From assembly GCF_001194135.2 (NCBI RefSeq), contig NC_068995.1:45612335-45670039 (forward strand): 57,705 bases of DNA, in the 5' to 3' direction. The translations under genes and the position numbers were made by a program. The notes below the pieces were generated by a model. It saw only the letters and a list, made by a program, of their open reading frames with translations. It had not been told where the DNA came from and did no database searches. This DNA comes from Octopus bimaculoides (lineage: Eukaryota). How positions within the stretch are numbered: the first letter of the stretch is position 1; each line of letters begins with the position of its first letter. Positions 50,155 to 57,705 of this stretch are shown here, piece by piece.

Positions 50155-50660
50155 CCATACAGGCATGGGCTGGCCAGTTCAATAGGAGCAGATGAGCTGA
50201 AGGGCTGAGTTGAACTCCAGTACTGGCTTTGGCATGGTTTCTAGGCTGGACACTCTTCCAAATGCCAACCACTTTATGGAGTGTACACTGTGTGCTTTTT
50301 TTTCATGTCACAAGTGATATCAGCAACTAACTTACAAGACAACCCCACTTGAATGAGTGAACGTGTGTATGTGTGTGTGTGGGGGGGGGGTAGTATACAA
50401 GGGGGTGGTTTTATACCAGGTGTCAAAATAGGATAAGCACAGGTATTTTGCTGTGGAGGAGATACATGGTTACCCTGCATCATATAAGGCTGGGTGGAAA
50501 TAGCTGGAAAGAGAGATAAAGAGGGTGGTGATGAAGTGTCAGGGGATACCTTTAAGGTAGAAGAGGGAGGATAATGTAAGAGAGAATAGAGACAGATGAT
50601 TGGAATGGTGGGTGGGTGGGTAAGTTAACAAGAATGTGAAAGGAGTCAGGATAAACTTAC

Positions 50661-50827
50661 ATCCTGCCAACTCCTTCATAAGTTCTGGTGTCACTGGGTA
50701 ATGTTGAGATTTCCTGATCTAAAACTTTGGCGTGAGTTTTCTGACGTTTCAACGTTTCAATCTGGGCATCCGACATCTTCAGCTGTTGACGAGTTGCAAT
50801 CATTTTTGACTGAAGATCCTGGAAAGC
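50661..50827 (-). CDS. PFDN1: Prefoldin subunit 1, exon 2 (167 nt)
   Basis: Acceptor TTTTTTTATAACTTCAG, donor GTAAGT; AFQDLQSKMIATRQQLKMSDAQIETLKRQKTHAKVLDQEISTLPSDTRTYEGVGR(M), containing the PFDN1 signature YEGVGRMF. Confidence 0.97.
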
Positions 50828-50871
50828 CTGAAGTTATAAAAAAAAGAGAGAAAGGAGACGCTGAATCCTAT

Positions 50872-51325
50872 TCATCATCATCATCATCATCATCATTATT
50901 TGTTTAACATCCGCTTTCCATGCTGACATGGGTTGGACGATTTGACTGAGGACTGGCAAACCAGATGGCTGTACCAGGCTCCAATCTGATCTGGAAGAGT
51001 TTCTACAGCTGGATGCCCTTCTTAACACCAACCACTCTGAGAGTGTAGTGAGTACTTTTTACGTGCCACCGGCACGAGGGGCAGTGCTGGCAACAACCAC
51101 GTTCAAATGGTGTTTTTTATGTGCTACCTGCACAAGAGTCAGTCCAGCGGCACTGGCAACGACCTCGCTCGAATGTCTTCTAACGTGCCAGTAAGGCGAC
51201 ACTGGTAACAATCACGTTCAAATGGTGCTATTTACGTGCCACTGGTACGGAAGCCAGACAGCTACTTTGACAACGATCACGCTTGGACGGTGCTGTTAGT
51301 GCTCCACTGGCACAGGTGCCAGTCA
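50872..51325 (-). mobile_element. SINE family C (V-like), long copy with internal degenerate tandem units
   Basis: Tail (GAT)n, core GGATGCCCTTC, then repeated CACGTTCAAATGGTG / GGCACTGGCAAC units. Confidence 0.8.
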
Positions 51326-51550
51326 TCGGACATGGTTCAATTACGATTTCGATTGTATTTCATTTTTCTGTTTTGTAGCTTAAAAAGGGTTCCAGGCAAT
51401 AGCCCTTGCAGGCATCATCACCATTTAATGTCCATTCTCCATGCTGGCATGGATTGGATGTTTTGACCAGAGCTGGCAAATTGGAGAGCTGTACCAGGCT
51501 CCAGTCTGATTTAGCATGGCTTCTACAGCTGGATGCCCTTCCTAACACCA

Positions 51551-51890
51551 GGCGGGCTTGGCTGTGTGTTAAGTTTGCTTCCTAACCGTGTGGTTCTGAG
51601 TTCAGTCCCACTGTGTGACACCTTGGGCAAGTGTCTTCTACTGTAGCCTCGAGTAGATTTGGTAGGCGGAAACAGAAAAAAGGCTTGTCGTATACATGTG
51701 TGTGCGTGACTTTGTTTACCCTCCACCCCACCACCACTGATAGCCGGTGTTCATGTGTTTACGACGCCGTAACTTAGAGGTTTGGCAAAAGAGAACGATA
51801 GAATAAGTATCAGGCTTGAAAATAAAATAAGAACTGCGATCGATTCATTCGACTAAAATTTCTTCAAGGCGGTACCCCAGCATGGCCGCA
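51551..51890 (+). mobile_element. SINE family A, diverged copy
   Basis: GGCTGTGTGTTAAG head through CCCCAGCATGGCCGCA. Confidence 0.8.
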
Positions 51891-52452
51891 TTCTAATATT
51901 CAACTTTAGCCTATTATTATACTGCATGCGCATAGATACAGATATTGGTTTGAGCGGTCAAGATGTTCACTTAGTAACCAGGAAGACACCGTTTCGAACT
52001 GCGTAACATCTTGAGCAAGTACAGCAGTCATTGAGAAGTAAGCGAGAAACAGTTGTTTAATACCTTAAAAGAAAAAGCATGAATGTAACAACCAGCATCA
52101 TATTCTCACTTATACCTGGATTTGTGCCAGAAAGCAAGGAACCAGTATATTACGGTTCAAGTTATGAAGTGAAATTGAAATAAATGAATATACACGTTTT
52201 GTTAAGAATACGTCAACACCGTTATTGTGCCCGCACATTAGGCTATAAGTTAATGCATCATATATATATATATATATATATATACGTATATATACACACA
52301 TATATACATATTTATATATATATAAATGTATATATATATATATATATACACACTCACACGAAACATATTCAAGACAATATAATGTATTTGACCTGCAACT
52401 TCTCTCACCTCGTAGAGGCTGACTCATGTATATACATATATACTCGTGTGTA

Positions 52453-52510
<58 letters not shown>

Positions 52511-52769
52511 CACAATGCTGTGATACTATTTCTAGCCTATCAATCGACGCCTACAAAGGTTTCCTTCCCCTCGTTTGTTTGTTCTCACGTTTTTGTCTTT
52601 TGATCATTACATTCTAACAAACCACCAAAGATCGACGTCTAAATTATTAATACAAATTACTTCCTAATCCGGAAATCTAATGATCTAAGGTTTACGTGGG
52701 GCACCTAGAGGAGATAAGTGAATGTATTATAAAAAGGAAAAAAGAATGGAAAGAAGAGAATAAACTAAC

Positions 52770-52811
52770 CTTTTTCAGCTCTTGGTCGACAGGAATGCCT
52801 GCCACAGCCAT
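52770..52811 (-). CDS. PFDN1: Prefoldin subunit 1, exon 1 (coding part)
   Basis: AAAATGGCT start context; MAVAGIPVDQELKK then GTTAGT donor; resembles the recalled PVDLELKK. Four exons total 381 nt = 126 aa + stop. Confidence 0.95.
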
Positions 52812-53313
52812 TTTGGTTCAGGAAGAGATAACTCGTCTCAGCTACTGTGTTAATGAACGGAACTAGTGGCTATCCGGCTAGAAATAGCAGCCGCATTAGA
52901 TAATGATATGCCCACACACGCACAGGCACATCTTTTTTGGAACTGAATCTCGAAGTTCATAAAAAGCACTATAAATAATAACATGTAAATATTGAGTAGA
53001 AAAACCAAAAGTCGAAGGCTATCCATGGGACTCGACTATACATTTCCTGTAGACATTGCAGCTGTTCTACCATTGAAGCAAAGTAATCCTTCGACTGCCA
53101 TAATTCATTTGAGAAACCTTCTTACCAGTGAGAATTCTTGCGACCTCAAGTTAGTGCTTCAGTATGCCTGCAGCCGCATGGCTGAAAGGAATAAAAGATA
53201 TAATATATAAAAATATATATATAAATTAAAACAATGGAGTAAACGCATATTAACCAATTTATTTTATCCAAGTTATTTATTACTAGGAGAAAATAAATAC
53301 ATATAATAAAATA

Positions 53314-53717
53314 TAGGAGTGGCTGTATGGTAAGTAGCTAGCTTACCAACCACATCGTCCCCTGTTCAGTCCCACTGCGCGGCATCTTGGGCAAGTGTCT
53401 TCTACTATAGCCTCGGGCCGACCAAAGCCTTGTGAGTGGATTTGGTAGACGGAAACTGAAAGAAGCCTGTCGTATATATGTATATATATGTATGTGTGTG
53501 TGTATGTTTGTATGTGTGTGTTCGTCCCCGCAACATCGCTTGACAACCGATGCTGGTGTGTTTATGTCCCCGTAACTTAGCGGTTCGGCAAAAGAGATCG
53601 ATAGAATAAGTACTAGGCTTCTAAAGAATAAGTCCTGGGGTCGATTTGCTCGACTAAAAGGCGGTGCTCCAGCATGGCCACAGTCAAAAGACTGAAACAA
53701 GTAAAAGAGTAAAGAGT
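53314..53717 (+). mobile_element. SINE family A, full length, close to consensus
   Basis: Complete head to (AAAGAGT) tail, ending at a gap. Confidence 0.9.
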
Positions 53718-54802
53718 NNNNNNNNNNNNNNNNNNNNNNNNNNNNNNNNNNNNNNNNNNNNNNNNNNNNNNNNNNNNNNNNNNNNNNNNNNNNNNNNNNN
53801 NNNNNNNNNNNNNNNNNNNNNNNNNNNNNNNNNNNNNNNNNNNNNNNNNNNNNNNNNNNNNNNNNNNNNNNNNNNNNNNNNNNNNNNNNNNNNNNNNNNN
53901 NNNNNNNNNNNNNNNNNNNNNNNNNNNNNNNNNNNNNNNNNNNNNNNNNNNNNNNNNNNNNNNNNNNNNNNNNNNNNNNNNNNNNNNNNNNNNNNNNNNN
54001 NNNNNNNNNNNNNNNNNNNNNNNNNNNNNNNNNNNNNNNNNNNNNNNNNNNNNNNNNNNNNNNNNNNNNNNNNNNNNNNNNNNNNNNNNNNNNNNNNNNN
54101 NNNNNNNNNNNNNNNNNNNNNNNNNNNNNNNNNNNNNNNNNNNNNNNNNNNNNNNNNNNNNNNNNNNNNNNNNNNNNNNNNNNNNNNNNNNNNNNNNNNN
54201 NNNNNNNNNNNNNNNNNNNNNNNNNNNNNNNNNNNNNNNNNNNNNNNNNNNNNNNNNNNNNNNNNNNNNNNNNNNNNNNNNNNNNNNNNNNNNNNNNNNN
54301 NNNNNNNNNNNNNNNNNNNNNNNNNNNNNNNNNNNNNNNNNNNNNNNNNNNNNNNNNNNNNNNACGTATGTAAAAAAATTAGATTCAAGATGAATATGGT
54401 ACTTAAGTTTACGCACCAGAATTAAGTATGGTATTATCCATACAATTCCAAAATAAGGTGATTAAAGTCAAAATAAGCAACAAGGATATCCAAAGTTAAT
54501 GCAATACAATCGTTTCATGCGACTCCATTTATTTAAGCAATGTGAACATTACATCAAAAGTAAAATGCAGAGCAATCCTCAGCAGCACAAAGATATAGAA
54601 ATTTACTGAAATTTCATTTCAACAGAAGGACATATTTTTATAACTACATTTAAACTCTCCAAGTAGAAAGGAAAAATACAAAAAAACATTTTGACTTACC
54701 CAGACCATACAGGCTAGTGAATAATTCTAAGCAGATTTTTAACTGTCACTGATTTTATTTGTTTCTTTGTTTCTGATTTATGGATCATCTTATCAGACCT
54801 AA

Positions 54803-54867
54803 TGATTCAAAGCTTAAGAGGGCACCAGCATTTTCCTTATGCTAGTGCCCTCTTAAGCTTTGAATCA
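54803..54867. other. 65-nt near-perfect hairpin (candidate pre-miRNA or mini-MITE)
   Basis: 29-nt arms, 28/29 Watson-Crick pairs, 7-nt loop TTTCCTT. Confidence 0.85.
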
Positions 54868-55689
54868 CTATCTTTTTGCTTGGCGGTTTATGCTTTTATA
54901 ACTATCCAAAAGGATAGACATATCATTGAGAACAATAGATTTAGTTGGTGGTCTTGTTATCTCTATTCTAGCTTTTGGTGAAGTAGAAGAGGTTATAAGG
55001 GTCAAGTAGTGAAGGCATTATTTCGGCCTAGCTAAAGGCTTCTGGAAAATATAAAACTGCTGTAACAGAAAAGTCATTGTTCCACCATGGATAAAGGTCT
55101 GTTGTAGTGTTAATTTAAATTTGGCTATGGTGGATGGAATCCACTTCATGCATGCAAGATCCACTACATATATATGATTTTTTTCCAGCCTGGTGCTTAT
55201 TATATTGGTCTCTTTTGTTGAACAGTTATATATATATATATATATATATATACAAAAGCGAATGATATAATTTTGAGTTCCCCGATTTTATGTTTGTTGC
55301 ATTTTCTACTGTCTTTATGCTTTATGATGTCCTATAAAAACTCTTTGTATAGCCGTTTTGAGGTATTAAAGAAATCGGCCTTGACACATTTCCTGTGTCC
55401 TTATGTTTACAAGGGGGAAGACAAGCACCTAGGAGACAGCTTCCTAGGTCTAAACAACAGTAGTATTATTCCCTTCATGGGACTGTCACATTAAGTTGCT
55501 AGCATACAACTACTTCAGTTTTAATGTTTTTCATTCTTTTCAAATTTTGATTTTGTTTTCAAGGAAAACATTAACTTATTTTCAATTTTGTGAACAAAGT
55601 CCATCAACATTTATATTGTCTAAATTTACTTAAAACTCCTCACCCAAAACAGATACGAACGTTCATTAAAAATTGTCAGTTTAGTAACC

Positions 55690-56090
55690 TTTAATTCTTT
55701 GAAAACAACGTCAACCTTTGCTGTTGTCGCACTCCAAACAATTAACTCGAACCTGGACTTCGCCTAAGTGAAGAAACTGCTAGGTGTCAAAAATAAAATA
55801 AAAAATAAAAAGCCGACAGTTTATGAATAGCAGAGCGAGCGATGCTTGAAATGGGCAATTCCAATATTTCTACGCGAACGTGCTGCCGTCGAATCGAATC
55901 TCTAGTAGCAAATAGTCATGAAATGAACTATTATGCCCAACGTGTTCTTCTTACCAGTAGACGCTACTAAAATTCCTTCAGTTGCAAAAGCTTTTGTATT
56001 TTTTTTTTAAAGTAACGTAGCGTCAAAAAAAGAAAGAAAGAAAGAAAGAACGAAAGAAAGAAAAAGGCTAAAAAGCCCTTCATTGCGTTT
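55690..56090 (+). promoter_or_regulatory. Probable promoter region of the Cys-rich ORF
   Basis: Locally CpG-rich, TE-free sequence directly upstream of the ORF; inferred from composition only. Confidence 0.35.
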
Positions 56091-56167
56091 GAATGTTGCA
56101 GTGTGAAAGTTTAAAACGGAATCTTCGTCTGAACATTGTAGGAGAAAGTCAGCGAAAACAAACAACT

Positions 56168-56455
56168 ATGAGTTACAACATTCCTCCTGGCATGAAGCGG
56201 CCTCAGATAAGTGTGCTAAATAAGAAAATTCGCATGTTAGGAAACCCTTGTATATGTGAACGGAGTCCCGGCGAAGTACAATGCTCTCTGTGTGGACACA
56301 CTGTCATTGGGCGAAGTCAGTTGAGCTGTGCTCAACATCCAAACGTAATTCATTTGATGGATTTAACGAACTGTCCTAACTGTAAAAGTGACCGACTCTG
56401 GGAACGTGAACTTTCATTGAAGTGGACGAACTCGAGGAATCTTGACCGGGAATAG
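56168..56455 (+). CDS. Intronless 95-aa Cys/His-rich protein, resembling the uncharacterized CG13380-like family
   Basis: MSYNIPPG..PCICERSPGEVQCSLCGHTVIGRSQLSCAQHPNVIHLMDLTNCPNCK..; pattern CxC-x8-CxxC-x4-GR-x4-CxxHP-x4-LMD-x3-CPxC; an in-frame upstream ATG at 56093 would give 120 aa. Family match from memory. Confidence 0.75.
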   Translation: MSYNIPPGMKRPQISVLNKKIRMLGNPCICERSPGEVQCSLCGHTVIGRSQLSCAQHPNVIHLMDLTNCPNCKSDRLWERELSLKWTNSRNLDRE

Positions 56456-57705
56456 GGCAAAACTATTTATTTATACTGCAATGACAGGTGAAGTATATGG
56501 AAATACTTGAAACAGATGAGAGCAGTATGTTTGCAGTCATCAGTTATATAGCTTTTACTATTTATATTTTTGTTAAAAAAACTTTTGATTTTGTTAAAAA
56601 AGTTTTGCTGTTGCTTATTAATACACAAATACAGTTGAATTTATTTATATCAAAAGCAGAGAAAACGTTTTACTTTTTTTAAAAGAGAATATAAAAAATA
56701 TTTTCCGATTAAATGAACCTATTTTTTCTTTTACCAAAACTTATGTGATACGATGGCAATTGTTATTGTTGTTATAAAAAATGCTATTTAAAAACCCATC
56801 AGTTCTTTTCTGTTTCATATTAACGAACTTTTGAAATGTTTTTTCAGGTGTTTTGAGGAGACAACAATTAATTGTTTCAAAACTTATTATTTATTTGTAA
56901 CATTTTAATAAGTAATACTTAAAAAAACCTGCTTCAATTCTTTATATTTTTGGTTAATTTGTTTATTCTAACTGGATCCACCTTTCACAACATCACAGCT
57001 GCGTTTTTTCTTCAAATTATCCACGTCAGGTCGTAAAACAACATACCAGACTGAATTCTTGGAATTAGTGAATTGAAAGGAATTCGCACTGCATACAGTC
57101 GCAGAACTAAAGAATTCTTCTCCCTCAAATAAAATACTGATTTAAACATTTGAAGTTTTTTTGCAATTAAAACAGACCAAAGACGAATTCCACTCGGAAG
57201 CAGCCTCCTCCACATTTGATTAGAATAAGAAAAAAAAAAAAAGCAAAGCAACTTCATAACTTCTGTTTTATTTTTCTCCCTGACTACTTATTTGAAGCTG
57301 TCTCATTCAGTTATAATTAGACATCAGTAAGAAGATACATGGTCTGTTCTTTTTTCTCTCCTAATATTCCGGTGTCGTCTAAGTATGACGAACGAAGAGA
57401 GGAAATCAGCTGCTTGGTGTCTCGAATTATATACACCCAGGGTGTATTAAGGGTCACACCCGAATCCTAGACAGACCAGTGTGTGTAATATATATATATA
57501 TATATATGCACACGTTTTAATCTATTTTCCTTGTCAGTGCAGTGTTTTATAACGAGGAAAGACATTTTAGGGGTGATAAAATTAAAACAATTAACTTTTT
57601 TTTTTTCTTTGCTCCGTTTTCTATTAAAAATGTTTGACTGCTGTCCATGAGGGGAAACCCGTTTTGGTTTCCCCACTTAAAGGTTAACCTACAGATTTGT
57701 CTCAT

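Noticed and set aside
50735-50790. CUGAAGA...GAAACG...CGUC hammerhead-like string on the minus strand
   Set aside because: It lies inside PFDN1 exon 2, and stems I and II do not pair; a coincidence of codons
52992-53210. 72-aa + strand ORF, and a minus-strand acceptor/donor pair in the same region
   Set aside because: No homology recognised; the minus-strand mini-exon is closed in all frames
1204-54425. Long ORFs in the track made mostly of X (e.g. 19309-19953, 26952-28000, 38924-40011, 53613-54425)
   Set aside because: They are open only because they run through N gaps
54690-55170. Strong minus-strand donor (GG|GTAAGT, ~54699) and protein-like fragments upstream
   Set aside because: Stops in every frame; cannot be tied to a gene or a TE without a search
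57012-57257. 81-aa minus-strand ORF with a possible internal exon
   Set aside because: It begins in a poly-T tract; no recognisable product
57651-57674. 9-bp hairpin GGGGAAACC/GGTTTCCCC
   Set aside because: Not a histone stem-loop, no CTRR Helitron end nearby, and too close to the window edge to interpret

Overview
AT-rich, gap-riddled eukaryotic draft scaffold. The repeat complement (tRNA-headed CORE-like, Meta-like and V-like SINEs, dense microsatellites) suggests a coleoid cephalopod, probably Octopus; this is an inference. Three host genes are supported. (1) The terminal coding exon of DET1 (+, 23329-23527). (2) A complete 4-exon prefoldin subunit 1 gene, PFDN1 (-, 52811 to 40828, 126 aa). 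(3) An intronless 95-aa Cys-rich ORF resembling the invertebrate CG13380-like family (+, 56168-56455). The rest is intron and intergenic DNA with SINEs, two decayed mariners, piggyBac-type and hAT MITEs, a Helitron end and Penelope-type hammerhead motifs. The most interesting signals are: a ~4.4-kb decayed coding-like block (30240-34720, -) with candidate RdRp motifs F, A and C in order, possibly an endogenized segmented negative-strand RNA virus L gene; a hAT element holding a 198-bp tandem array of its own right end plus DNA that also occurs inverted ~2.2 kb away; a tRNA-like cassette inside a mariner; and a 65-nt near-perfect hairpin. Most ORFs in the supplied track are microsatellite or N-gap artefacts. 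All alignments and translations were done by eye.
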